Assembly (NCBI GenBank): GCA_030704615.1
Contig: CM060732.1
Coordinates: 17,918,001-17,982,000 of the forward strand
Origin: Takakia lepidozioides
Taxonomy: Eukaryota; Plantae; Bryophyta
Length of the DNA stretch: 64,000 nucleotides
Reading direction: 5' to 3'
Made by a program: the position numbers and the translations under genes. The notes under the pieces are model-generated. The model made no database searches. It was not told where the DNA came from and saw only the letters and a program-made list of their open reading frames with translations. Shown in pieces: positions 1 to 13,106 of this stretch (within the stretch, counting starts at the first letter, position 1; each line of letters starts with the position of its first letter).

Positions 1-1160
1 AAATGGCATCTGGATTTATAGGTCCCGGCCTGGAAATCTATATGGAAAGACATATGGGCCAAACACCGTCCAACAAAAATTAGTGCATTCTTATGGAAGT
101 TGGCAAACAGAATTCTGCCCGTGGCGGCTTGCTTTCAAGATCAAGACCTAGCTTGTCTAGTTTGTGCCAGAAACTCGGAGGAGACTATTGAACATGCTTT
201 TATGGATTGCCACATTGCTGTGAGGACTTGGCAACTGGTCACTGCTTTCTACCTTCACTGGAAATAGCTACCATCTGTGGATGCATCGCTTCTGTTGCTC
301 AACCTGCGCAATGGCTCATTATGGAGTACATGCCCAATATGGGCATGTCTCAGAGCACACACTCTTTGGGCACTATGGAACGCTAGGTGCACTTTAGTTT
401 TTGAGACGACAAAGCCAAGCATCAAATTTATTCTGTTTAAGTTGTTCTCTGACCTGATGACTGAGGGGAAAAAGGCTTGGTTGTCACTGCTTGCTGCCAC
501 AGCCAGGTGCAGCGACAGGAGGCGTCAACAGTTGCTTGCAAATTTCGACCTCACCTGGGCCAAAGACAACATCCTCTACACCAGGATTGATGACTCGAGA
601 GTCCAATGGCATGACACGATCCCCGGGGCTTGGGAAATCGCCAGCTGAATCCGATGGTGCTGAAGTCAATTGGAAGCACCTCAACCTGCGCAGTGCAAAA
701 TCCAAAGCCCACCGGAACTTTGGACTCTGATCCTCCCCCCTAGCCTGGAACGGTTATTGCTTAGTGACTCTGAACTCTACAACCTTCCCGGTCATATCTC
801 GAATTTTGGTTCTGCAATCCTGCTCTGCTTTGCTGATGTTCTCCTGATGGTTATCAGGCTGATCGCAGCTAGACTGGCTGTATACGGGCCCTCTCCTCTC
901 CATGCTTGAATCCAATCCTTTAGATTCTGGCTTTCTTGTTTTCAGCATTAGCTGCTATTTTAAGGACTTTTGTAGGTCCCTCCCCCTTTTCCCCCTCGTC
1001 CCTCTGTGTTCAAGGTGTACCCCTTGCATTTCACCTTTATGGTCCCCCTGGAGGTTATTTTTTCCTCCTGTCTGCCCACATTTTTGACTCATTGTGAACA
1101 TTTATCTCATTTAATTTGATTAAAAGGGCCTCTGTCCCTTAAAATTAAAAAAAATAAAAA
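1..1160 (+). mobile_element. 3' end of a degenerate L1-type LINE (zf-RVT region, 3' UTR and A-rich tail)
   Basis: Frame 1 reads WKSIWKDIWAKHRPTKISAFLWKLANRILPV..CLVCARNSEETIEHAFMDC..LWALWNARC (zf-RVT signature) with in-frame stops. A pyrimidine-rich UTR follows, then an A-rich tract at about 1141-1160. Confidence 0.8.
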
Positions 1161-1860
1161 TTTCAAATTGCATAAAATCCTAACAAAGTATGTTTAATAC
1201 TTTTTGGAAGGTTGTTTTACCATTGAATCATGTTTGATGTGTATCTGCTGGAAGGTTGGTCACGTCAATATTAAAAATGTTCAATCCATGTATGTTAGTG
1301 TATCACTCGAAATGTTTTTCTTGCCATCAGATTACATAAAATCCAAACAAATATGTTTTATTACGAAATGTTGTTTCTATCATGTTTGATGGGTACCAAA
1401 CCAGAAGGTTGTTCATGCCAATTCTAAATCTGCTAAAAGACTTAATCCAAACATGTTGGTAGTGTCGGAAGATTATTCTTGTCAACTCGGTACAACTGTA
1501 ATAAGCGTATCTATTGAACTTCTCTATTGCGAGGTTGTCCACAAACCGGCTTTCACAAACCCGGGTATATGCCTATTGTAATGGCAGTTCTTAAAACCAG
1601 AAATAACTAGGAAAGCTGTATAACCAGGTACGTAATTTGGAATCGACCAGCCATAAAAATTTGTAATAGTTAGAACTACAGGTTATTGGAAAACAATAGC
1701 AACGCAAGAACTTAATGCAAGCGCGTGGTCTGACTCTACTTTCGGATTTCATGCAGCATAAGCTCTTCTGGCTGGCCCTGTCAAATCCTCCCCACCCCTC
1801 CTACCTCGGACTCATGATTAAACATTTTAGAGTAATTTCAATTGTTGTGTGGTACGATGG

Positions 1861-2033
1861 AAGAAAAAGTATATGATGCCTCTTGAAAGAAGTGTAAATT
1901 ATGGTGTCTTTCGACCCTCAAGGGCTATTACCCTCCGAGGAGAAGGTGGACACCTTTGTGACACTAATCAGTGGATTGACCCACAACCACTTCCTAGGTC
2001 ACATGTGCCCACTGCCACCCGGCTACAACTGGT
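1861..2033 (-). mobile_element. Old, diverged copy of the tRNA-derived SINE also found at 58930 and 62077
   Basis: Colinear with the copy at 62077-62255 (ttatggtgtc, caagggcta, aaggtggacacct, acccacaaccac, atgtgccca, ggctaca). Degenerate TSD: tggtacgatggaagaa (1850) / tggtaagatggtagaa (2030). Confidence 0.8.
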
Positions 2034-2334
2034 AAGATGGTAGAACAGGGTTGGATTCTTACCAAGTTGCTACATCACCGTTCTCATCCCATCTCATGTC
2101 ACCCCCTTCCATTTCACTCTTTGCGTGTCACATGTTTTTTGTATTTCCTATATTCACCTAATTTTATGACAGGTGGGAGTTACACCAATTAACACTCCCC
2201 TCCATGTCACTACTACAAGTGTCACTCTGGTGATGTCACCCCGTTCCAGTGGCTCTCTCTATGGTGTCAACTTTTTTTCACTTTTTCTATTTACCTAATT
2301 TTGTGAGTTACAGCGATTGGAGTGACACTTCCAA

Positions 2335-2343
2335 AAACCCTAA
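2335..2343 (+). promoter_or_regulatory. Telo-box (AAACCCTAA)
   Basis: Exact motif just upstream of the exon-like region that precedes the PPR ORF. Confidence 0.4.
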
Positions 2344-2473
2344 ACCATAGAGGTCTAAGGACCGCTGGTGTTAATTTAGAAAGCTTTGGAGCGACATTGT
2401 AGAGAGCTGCTTCCATGGAGCTTGCAGCAAGGAATCCATAACAAGTGTAAGTATGATAACCTGTGCCCTGCAG

Positions 2474-3310
2474 TACGCGGGAGAGAACTTGCGAGTACAG
2501 CAGCAATCTCCGCAGAAAGAGTCATGCTCACCTCAGCCCTGGGAGATCTGGCAAGCACAATTTAGCCATGGTCAAGTGTGCCTTGCGTCGCTCAAAACTG
2601 CCCTTTACGTATACCAGCCAGATGCATGTTGGCCGAAGAGTTCCACAGGACGTTGAAACAAAGCCTGCAGAGGGACTGGAGCATGAAATAAACCATTGGC
2701 CTACTTCATCAGCCCCTTCCGGACCAAATGCATGGCATTCCTGGTTGCTACAAAAGGTGAGTCTACCTCGATCATGAAAGAGCGTGTGAAACAAGACCTG
2801 TAATTCGTCACTGGGCCCTTGTTTCTCGGGGCTTATCCAATGAGGGGTTTGGACCTAATGCGGAACAAGTATGTGGTGGACTAGATGGTATCTGCAGTTG
2901 CTGGAAAAAGGCTGTCCCTTGAGTCTGCAATTTGTTTCTTATTTGTCGTTATCAGACGGTTGTTCTTCCTTTGCAGCAGGGCATGAGCCTTGCTTGCTCA
3001 AGGCTATTTCCTTCAAGTTCAGTAGATGCTTGGGAGGCTCTTGGTTGTAACCTACATGGCGTTTATCATGGTAGTAGGATCTATGGTTGCTGCACACTGG
3101 TTCTTTTCAAGAAGACATCCAGACTTCAAACGGAAGCGAGCGAAGGAAGCTCTGCGGATAAACAGTTGGTCTAACCCGCCTTGGGTCAAAATAGAGTTAG
3201 CTGCTATGCTTCGAGGTCGAAACCAATCTGGCGATGGATCTGATTCCGACATTCAACATGAACCTTCAACCCCAGAATACTACGGGTATTGTTTTGTAGA
3301 AGCTGATTAA
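2474..3310 (+). CDS. Possible small spliced membrane-protein gene, or 5' exons of the PPR gene
   Basis: Open frame ends at a strong donor AAG|GTGAGT (2756/2757). ORF 3026-3310 has a hydrophobic segment LLVVTYMAFIMVVGSMVAAHWFF followed by basic RRHPDFKRKR. No clear start codon. Confidence 0.3.
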
Positions 3311-3530
3311 ATTGCAACAATGAATAATGTCAAATTGCCACAGCTTAATCTGATGCCTGCAGTATTGTTGTAATCCAGTAAAAACTCAGTGAAATGCCTG
3401 TCATCATTCCTTTGAAGTACCTAGACCTTTTTAGGTGTGGACTCTGCACTACATATATCTTTGAAACATTGAGAGAGTTTGAACCAAAATTTTAAACTAG
3501 CAGTTTTAGTCATGCAGGAATCAGGCACAC

Positions 3531-6041
3531 ATGTTTATCGGATGTCAGACTGGCTGTCAGGGTAGCACCAGCACTTCCACAAGAGGGCCAGGAGAGGGAT
3601 CCAACCAGATTATGGCTGGCACCGGTGGAAATCTGAGAACATTGTACAAGGAGGGTAGAGTGAAAGAGGCACTGCGCCTTTTGGACCAACCTGGAGTACA
3701 GGTAGAGTCCAATACTTATATATGTCTCTTGCAGGGGTGCTTCAACATGAAATCCCTGGTACAAGGAAAGCAAGTGCATGCTCACATGATCCAAACAGAA
3801 TTCAAGCCAAACGTCTTTGTACTCAATACCCTTGTCAACATGTATGCCCAGTGCGGGAGCATGGTGGATGCAAGACAGGTATTCGAGCAAATGCCTCAAC
3901 GCAATATATTCACTTGGACTCTGATGATGGCAGGATACACCAAGCATGGGCATGGAGAAAACGCTTTCAAAATGTATGAGCAAATGCAACGGGAAAGGCT
4001 GACGCCCAACAAGGTCACATTCATTTGCGTCCTAAATGCTTGTGCCAGCCTCAAAGCCCTGGACAAGGGAAAACGGGTCCATGCTGACTTCATCAAAGCT
4101 GGAATTGCACCAGACTTTATTTTGGAGACAACTCTTGTGGACATGTATGCTAAATGTGGAAGCATAAAGTCTGCCCGTCAAGTGTTTGACAAAATGGCCA
4201 AACGAGATGTGGTCTCATGGAATGCAATGATAGCTGGATATGCTCAGCATGGGCATGGTGAAGAGGCTCTGGAAACCTATTAACAAATGCAACATGATCG
4301 GATAACACCCAACAGGGTAACTTTTATTTGTGTTCTCAATGCTTGTGCAAGCCTTGGAGCCCTGGAAAAGGGCATGCAGATTCATGCCAACTTCATCAAA
4401 GCTGGAATTGAGTCATCTACTATATTGGAGACAGCCCTTGTTGCCATGTATGCCAAGTGCGGAAGAGTAAAGGTGGCACGTCAAGTGTTCAATAAAATGG
4501 GTAAACGAGATGTGGTCTCATGGAGTGCAATGATAGCAGGGTATGCCCAGCATGGGCATGGTGAGGAAGCTTTCGGAATTTATGAACAAATGCACCGAGA
4601 AGGGATGATGCCCGACAGGGTCACGTTCATTTGCATTCTCGGTGCATGTGCCAGCCTAGGAACCCCAGGAAAGGCAAAGCAAGTCCATGCTGACATCATT
4701 AAATCTGGAATTGCATCATATCTTAATTTGGAAAATACCCTTGTTGACACGTATGCCAAATGCGGGAGCCTAAAGGAAGCACGTGAAGTATTCGAGAAAA
4801 TTACGAAACGAGATGTGGTTTCATGGAATGCGATGATCGCAGGATACACACAGCATGGGAATGGTGAAGAGGCTCTCAAAATCTACGAGCAAATGCTACG
4901 AGAGGGAGGGACGCCTGATAGGGTCACGTTTATATGCATCCTGAATGCATGTGGCGGTCTAGGAGAGCTGGAGAAGGGCAAGCAGGTACACGCCGACATC
5001 ATTGAGGCTGGAATTGCTCCATACATTATTTTGGAGACAGCCCTTGTCAACATGTATGCTAATTGTGGGAGCATAAAGGAAGCGCGCCAAGTGTTCAACA
5101 AAATGGTCAATCGAGATTCGGTCGCTTGGAGCGCAATGATTGCAGATAACGCTCAGAATGGATGTGGTAGGGAAGCCCTCCAATTATTTGAACAAATGCA
5201 ACAGGAAGGCTTTAAGCCAGATGCTATCACCTTCACGTCAGTTATCTCTGTATGCAGCCGAGTGGGCCTAATGGATGAAGGCTGTCGCCACTTTGATTCC
5301 ATAAGTCGAGATCATGGCCTCACACCTACAGTGGAGCATTTTGGTTGTATGGTGGATCTTCTTGGCCGTGCAGGGCGATTGGTGGAGGCAGAGGATTTCA
5401 TTGACAAAATGCCAGTTGAAACAGGTGTTTCAGTGTGGGGGGCCTTGCTTGGTGCTTGTAGAATTCATGGCAATGTAGAGATAGCAGAACGTGCTGCAAA
5501 ATGGATTCTTGAGAAGGATCCAGATCACAATTCAGCGTATGTTCTTCTTTCAAACATTTATGGTGCCGCTGGCAGGTGGGGTGATCAAGCAAAGGTGAGA
5601 AGAATGATGGGGGAGAGAGGTGTGAGAAAGGAGCCAGGGCGCAGCTGTATTGAGATGAAGAACCAGATGCATGCATTTGCTGTAGAAGACAAAATGCATC
5701 CACAAATCGAGGAAATCCATACTGAGCTGGGAAGATTGTTTGGGCTGATGAAGGAGGCTGGGTACGTGCCGGACACACGATTTGTATTGCATGACGTGGA
5801 GGAGGAGCAAAGGGAAGATTCCCTTTGCTACCACAGTGAGAAGCTGGCTATTGCTTTGGGGCTAATCAGCACACCCCCGGGGATGCTTATCCGTATCATC
5901 AAGAACCTTCGGGTGTGTGGGGACTGCCACACAGCCACAAAGTTCATCTCCAAGATTGCTGGTCGAGTAGTTGTTGTAAGGGATGCCCACCGCTTTCACC
6001 ACTTCCAGGATGGAGTTTGTTCTTGTGGGGATTATTGGTGA
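3531..6041 (+). pseudogene. PLS-class PPR protein with E1-E2-DYW domain (organellar C-to-U editing factor type), interrupted by one in-frame TAA at 4281-4283
   Basis: About 17 L/S/P motifs, E1 ([10 protein letters not shown]), E2, PG box PGRSCIE, HSEKLA, CGDCH and terminal DYW. ORFs 3531-4283 and 4287-6041 share a frame and are separated only by TAA. Confidence 0.9.
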
Positions 6042-6725
6042 AGCAAGCAAGATGCATGGAAGAAGGTGTGTCGATTTCAACTTGATAATGGATTGCTTGT
6101 TATTAATACAATGAAACAGTAGACTTGTAAAACAATTGGTGCCACTAATTATGACAGGCTGTACCTCAGATTGGTGAACTGCCTGTAGGTGATGATAACC
6201 ATGAAAATGTGAAGTAAAAAAGCCAGTCGAGGAACACACACCCGCATCCTACAGGACCCTGAACAGGTATGTGTCACTAGGTGAAGTACCAATGATGTGA
6301 ACAATTTCTGTTATAGTGGGTCCCTCTATTTTTCTTTCATAAATGATTCACAGACAGTAGATCTAAGCCTAGTGGTATCACTCCAATGAAGCTTTTGTTC
6401 GCCCATGTTTGGCTCTTTTGTGATGCATGAGCATGAGTACCAAGTACCTACACACAACAAGTTCACATTTCACATCTCAAGAGCTCCGGCTATGGAAGTT
6501 CATTTAGAAGAAAATGAGCTTCCTCCACCCACTTGGCACATGGGACCAAAATAAATCCCAACACATAGGCTTAACTAGAAATAGAGAAATACTGTTCGAA
6601 TTATCCGCCTAAATACAGTGGTTTAATAACTTATTGTAGTAACTGAATCGCCACCACTGCAAGTGGGTGTTTGGGGAACCATCTAGACTCCAAACGAACA
6701 TTAACAAATGAACTTGTCACTGCAG

Positions 6726-8265
6726 TTGGGTCTTCCGTACCGAGGGGTGGCCATTGTATCAGGGGCTTTTAATGATGGATCAGCAAAGAAGTATGATTGG
6801 AGGCCTGGTCCCTGTGGCCCCGAGCTGTTATGCTCAAACTGCACCGACTACCAGTCAGGCAACCTTGAGATTTGCTATGGTCAGAAAAGGTCTGGACTTA
6901 AGTTCTTCTGCTTGTATCATACTCAAACTGCACTGATCACCAGTCACACAACCTTGAGATTTGCTGTGGTCAGAAACAATCAGGAATTGAGCTCTTTTAC
7001 CGGTATCATGCTCAAACTGCAGTGATTAGCAGTTATGCAACCTTGAATTTCACTGTAGTGAGAAAAAGGTCAGGAATTTACCTCTTTTGCGCCACCTTTC
7101 CTTGCGTGGTTGCACCATTTCAACTGTCACATTTGCAGTGTCTGATATTCTAGCACTGTACAAGGGTTGGGTAACCATGTGAACCTCTTCTTGTACACTC
7201 GCCCCACTTTAAAGGTTAGCTGTAGGAGCCCTGAAAGACAGCAGTTGACCTCCGAAGCTCACCATAAGAGGGTGCACACACGAAGTCCTCTTGGTGGATG
7301 AATATGGACCAGCAAGAACTTGCCACAGGAGAATGGTTGGGAGTTGAATGTGCTCAAACATGGGTTCTAAACCTAATTACTAGAATAACAACTGGCAATA
7401 AAAATCTCGTGAAGAATCAGATGAATGAGAGTGGTTGATTTTACATAAGACTCGTCAAAAGGTTATTCATATTGTGCTTTTTGATTGCAGATGAATGACC
7501 AAGTGAAGTACTATATGCATCTTTTGCATTCGACACTCACAGCAACAGAGCGGACAATGTGCTGCATTCTTGAGAACTATCAGACTGCAGATGGTGTCGG
7601 AGTTCCAGATGTGCTGAAACCATTCATGTTTGGCATGGAATTCCTGCCTTTCCAAACTGCACCAACTAAAGACACAAAATCTAAGAAAACAAAGCCCAAG
7701 GTACTGCATCTACCTTCTACAATTCTCGCTCTCGTGCTTTGGATACTTAACTTTTTCTTTTCTGTGATCAAAGGTCCATGTATGGTGTAGAAATGGCAAA
7801 TCTTTTGGCATTCTGTGTCACAGGGTGTTTTGCTCAGATCAGTTTAGCAGCTAGGCAAAGTTTTTGTTCGGCGAAAACTTCTAGGTCTGACATACCAGCC
7901 AAGTGAGATATCTTGGTCTAGACATCTTTCTGAAACCAATCGGACTCAGTGAGAAGGAAGGAGGATGGAGGTGTCTGTTTCAATGACCTTACCACTGTTA
8001 GAGGACTGAAATAGTCCTTCTTCATCATCTTCTGGGAGAGGCGGGATGCGTAGATGGCCTGACAGTTTCACAAATTAAGACGATAAGAAGTGAATGAGAT
8101 GTCTGACACAGAGAGATGAAGGGAAGGGAAAGCTGTGAGCCTCACATATTGGAGGTGTGTCCTCAAACTACAGGATGTCAATGTTTTGTGCAGGTTGTCC
8201 CAGCCCCTGCAGAAGCAAAGAATGGCAGCCTTGAGGTAGCTCCCCGTACTCCTGAAAGCAAGTAG
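6726..8265 (+). pseudogene. 3' fragment (three exons) of cytosolic seryl-tRNA synthetase
   Basis: LGLPYRGVAIVSGAFNDGSAKKYD..CSNCTDYQSGNLEICYGQK (6726-6889), MNDQVKYYMHLLHSTLTATERTMCCILENYQTADGV (7491-7700) and a last exon ending TAG at 8265. The N-terminal part is absent and the usual DLEAW..RELVS segment is corrupted. Confidence 0.85.
6831..7090 (+). repeat. Decaying three-copy tandem repeat of about 90 bp
   Basis: ctcaaactgca...caaccttga...gaaa unit starts near 6833, 6922 and 7011. Confidence 0.85.
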
Positions 8266-9752
8266 TTTGTTGCACAATGGATTTGTACATGATGGACAGA
8301 ATGGCAAGCAGTTTACTCTCTTTGGTGAAGGAGTTTTCCACTATTGGGCTTATTGGTAGCACAGTATGCAGTAACCTTCCAATTTTTTCTCCATGTTTAT
8401 GGGTATTACCACATGCTTGCATTGTCATGTCGTCTGAACCTTTTGATGGGTGCAAAGTTCAATATAAGGTTTGGCAGCCACTCTCTCTTCCTCTCCCCTC
8501 CTTTATTTACATGGAGAAGTCAATTTGTGCCTGCTTGGTAAAAAATGATTGCAAGTGACATGAACTAATTCTTAACCAACTTACTCAGATGTGCATGTAA
8601 CTGTTGAGGTAGGATGCTTCACTAGCTTTTAGTTTCTTAGGGAGCTCTCACTGCTCTCGAGTTTAGTACTACTTATATACACTTTGTAGGTGTCGGTGAC
8701 GTCTCCTGAGCAGCCCCTTAAATTTTTGGAGCCCCACCAAAATATCCTCGATTCCCTACGACCCAAGACTTCCCCACAACTCCCATGTGTAGTCCCTAGG
8801 CTCTTGTGTCCCAAACCATTATGTTCTCATTACTCTATGACCATCCCCACTCGGAGCATCCACATCATCCTGGTTGAGGTTGCTCTTCCAAGTGCCTTAG
8901 TCACTCAAGGGTTGTTCAGCCTTGCTCCTTTTATTATTGCAGCCCCCTTGTCCTCAAAACAGAAGGCCGCAAAACAGAAGACTGGAACACTCGTACTTTC
9001 CCCTCTTTCCCCTCAGCCAATCATAGCATTGTTTGGTCGCACACCACAGTTCACAGTTCATGATGCCACAACATCCACATGTCCCGACACCATAGACAAC
9101 CAACTTTGTCTTGCCATAGAATATGTGATAACCTTCTTACAACTGGATGAATTTTGAGAGGAAGAGGCAGTCTACTATCTCCGACAAGCATCCGTCCTTC
9201 CTACAAAGTTTCCCCTTTCAAGATACTTGGCCTCATAGTGCTAACTTTGGTTGCTGTAACACATAGATGGGACCCCACAAGGCACATATCTCTTGTTACT
9301 GATGGGCTCACAAAAGTTCTTCAGGATTTGTTGTGTTCATGAAATGTCCAACTTAACATTGACTGTATCATGATCATTTGCTTAAAGACCAGCAGCAAGG
9401 TAATCCAAGTAGAAATTGAATCCTGCTCAGTTGAATGAAATATGATTCTGGTACTTGACAAGGATTGGTTTTGGGACAAACTGCCCCAACCGTAAATTGC
9501 TAAATGTACATTTCACAAAGCCTACAATACCCAAGAATTCTGGGATTGCAATGCAAAACCCACCTCAGATACATGTTACATAGGAGATCCGCTGGTTCAA
9601 GCTGTCTTCTCACAGATTCAATGGGGTTTGAATGAATCTCCACTGGTGCCTGACTGGTTAGACTGTTAACCTTGTCAGCCCCCTCAACAACAAGCCTGAG
9701 AATGAAGGAGTGGTGAGAGAGTCGATGTCACCCTTTGATCAAATGCAAACCA

Positions 9753-12700
9753 CTACTGAAATCTGTTCACCAGCGTCCTCTTTCTTTTGGATATCTGTGC
9801 GGCATATTTATCAGAATTATCCCCGTCATCTTCAGTCGCAGGGGTCTCCATGAGAGGCATCTCTCGTCCCCGATTCCTTGAGTTCTTCCTGATGGGTGTC
9901 CCGTTTGGTCCTGGCTCGTGGGAGTCCGATTGTGGTACACTGGTTCGGTGAGGCATCAGCTCTGACCCTGTCGTCAATCCCTCTTGCATTGCCTACATAC
10001 AAAGGACGCTCATGTTCGAGTCTAAGCAGCCGAGGTTGTAGAAGAGCCAAAATTCTTAACATTTGAGAATTTAATGAGAGTCCTGGTATATAGATCACAT
10101 TGTTTCCTTGAAGAACTAGAAATGCTCTACCGTCTGAGCAAAAGTTGTCTGAATCACAGAAACTTGGTCCACTACAAGACCTGGGGCAAAGACCAATTCA
10201 CAGTAATCACGAATACATGACTGTAAGCATAGTCACTTAGAACGCTCCCAGCTATCCGAGGTTAGCCTCTCTTAGTAAGCCCTACCACAAGATATGTGTT
10301 GTGGCCACATGAGGCACTCATCCAGTATTCCAGACCCCTTGCAACAAAGCTCATTGCCTGTTAAAAAAAGATAATCCAGGTTGGCAGTGCTGGTCAGAGT
10401 TGATAAGCTTGCTAGGCTCCTGAGACATAATACCTTCCAACAACTCCAGTCATACCGGAACACAAATTGTTGTTTGGCAGCTTGCCCACTCGATCGCTCT
10501 GCAGCCGTAGGGGCATTCTTGGGAGCTGCAAGCTTGCAATTCATGTGTTACATTGCAGCTTTGCTTTCTACGTTTGTGCTATGCACAAAGAGAATGTCAA
10601 AAGTTGGGGTCTTGGGCAGTCAATATAACTGGACTCCTTTGGGTACAATCCAGTCCACACCATACGATACAAGCATACCAGAATTCAGTCAAACTCTCTC
10701 ATCATCCTATAACATGAAAGCTAGCAGTGGGAAAGAGATGCCCAGAGAGAGTATTGCAAAGAATGGGAAGGGTATAGTACCAACAACATGAGTTCCATTC
10801 TCATCATAAGTGATTGCGACTCGGCCATCCTTCACAAGGAAGGAGAGAGAGAAAATGTTTTCAACTGTTTGTGAAAACGACTCTCTATTTAACACGAGAG
10901 CATCCAACCGAGCACATTTGACACCCTTCAAAATCTTAAACATTGTCTCCATGTTTGCATCTGTTTCTTTCTTTTCCTTGCCTTCGTCATCTTCAACCTG
11001 CGAATGGCCAGTCAAGTCAGGCTTATATCAGTCTAACAACAGCCTATACTGTATGGAGTAAAATATTTCTTTGCCTTCAAGAATGAGGAGCGTAACTGTT
11101 TCCATCTGCATGCACATGTGCAACATATGGGGGGTTCGTTTCTTTTGTTTCCAATGGGTCTGTAGTGTTTTTTCACTGTCCCATGGGTATCTGGGCCTTC
11201 AGTGGAGGAGGTTTATTTCTTGCCTGGATTCTGCCTCTAGTGTACAAGAATTTTTTAGTTTCTTCTCTCTGTCTGTCTCCTTGATGAGACCAGCTGTCAA
11301 AGGGTAACTTCCTCTCAGCTTGCAGGTCACATTCCTAGCCCCTCAAGCTTCAGGTTGCAGCCCAGTTACCTCTCGAGGGCGTGTACTTGGAGCAGGTTTG
11401 TCCCTCACTCGTCGAGTTGCTGGAGTTTTCCGTATCTTGGGTTCAATGTCCATGGGTCCGAGCCTGCAAAATCACACAAGATGTGCTTGATGATGGCAAT
11501 AAGTCGATTTGTATTATTTTGGTGAAGGTATGATGTACCCTTGAGCTTAGTCTCCAAAGTAGTTGTTGAGTCCTACCCTTCCACAGTAGGAAATCAATTA
11601 ATTTGGCACTCGTGCACTGTTGATGATTATCTAGTTTTAGGATACTTTTGTATGTATTGATATCAAGATCATGGATTTTTTTTTCCTGCAGATGATGCCT
11701 CAAATGTAAGTAGAGGAAGAAGAAAATAACAAAATTACGCCACTGATGGCTCGCAGGGCATGGACCACAAGAATGTTCCCACATAAGTACTGCCAAGTAG
11801 TAGCAAAGGAAAGAAATGAACATAATACTTGAAGCCAAAGAGCTGATGGAAAAGGCAGAAGACAAGGAAACCAAGAGAGGGTGGAAGACACCCACATCGT
11901 GCATAAACCAGGAGATTCATTCCAGATGCCACAAACTTCCAGTCCCAATTTTCCCCCATCAATGGGTCTTGCTGCTTCATCATCAGCACAAGCACTTCCA
12001 GTGCCAAAATTGGTAATGATTGCACCGACAAATGCAGCAGGACTGATTCCATGTTTGCGACTGGTTCCTGTGACACATGCCAACAAACCATTGGAAATGT
12101 CCAGCACAGCCTCTGCATCCACCATCTGTTCACGAGGCTTTTGAACTGCATAATCACATCAGATGAAAATTGATAGTTAAGGGCTGCATGACAAACACAC
12201 AGTTTGAAATGACAAATATCAAGGTCTCTCCTGCCTACTCAGAGGAGGACAAAAGTTAATCTATTTTCTTTCCCATTCTAGGTAGAGTAATTAAACCGTG
12301 GTCCCTAGGAGTACATAACTCAAAAACTACATTGCCCAGACTCCATGGCCAATGCTACCTGACAGTAGACCGTTTTGCCTTGCCATAAAGCAGACACACA
12401 ACATTGAATCACCAGAGAAGACTTGTTCTGTGCGTGTTGGTAAAATCAAGTGCTCAGTACCGTATAAACATTAAATAAGGAAGGAAGTGGAAGTCATCCC
12501 ACTGGCAGAAAAGTAAGAACGTGCACCCTGGCTGTGAAGGTCCTCCATTTTTCCCACCAGCTCAACGAACCTGTTCGAATCCAGGCGAGCAAACTCCTCC
12601 CGATCCCCTGTCGTCAAAGCACGAATATAGTCCCGCCTTAATTCCACAGAAAGAAGGCATAGGGAAAGCTGAAGCACCGAATGGCGCTACAAACAATTCG

Positions 12701-13106
12701 TTTGGAAATGAAACAGACAACCAAGCAAGTTTTGTAACTGAAATGTGGGAGTCTAAACTGACGACTGAAGCGTCTTTCTTCCATCTGTCCCGTAATCTCT
12801 TTGGGATCCCCATCAACATTACAGAACTCCTCTCTTTCCGTCTTTCCCGCACAATTTCGAATCCTACAAACCACTCCAAAGAATTTATATTCTAAAAATT
12901 TCCGGCGTCACGCAATTCAGACCGGATATGCAGGTCTTGAGCTCGCGGTACTTGGCACGAAGCAGCCGCCGCTGCTCTACACTCTGCTCCACCTGCGCAT
13001 TCTCTTGCTCTTGCCCCTCCGGTGTCTCTCCTCCCTGCCGAGCCCCTCCTTGCCCTCTCTGCGACCCGCCCCGCCGTGCACTCCTCATTCCCTGCTGCGA
13101 ACTCAT
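9753..13106 (-). CDS. NSE4: SMC5/6 complex kleisin subunit NSE4, 7 coding exons
   Basis: [86 protein letters not shown] junctions join the exons in frame. Confidence 0.93.

Noticed and set aside
1200-1720. AT-rich short ORFs
   Set aside because: No recognisable domain or splice structure.
8690-9340. Possible DNA transposon remnant
   Set aside because: No terminal repeats, TSD or diagnostic transposase motif could be identified.
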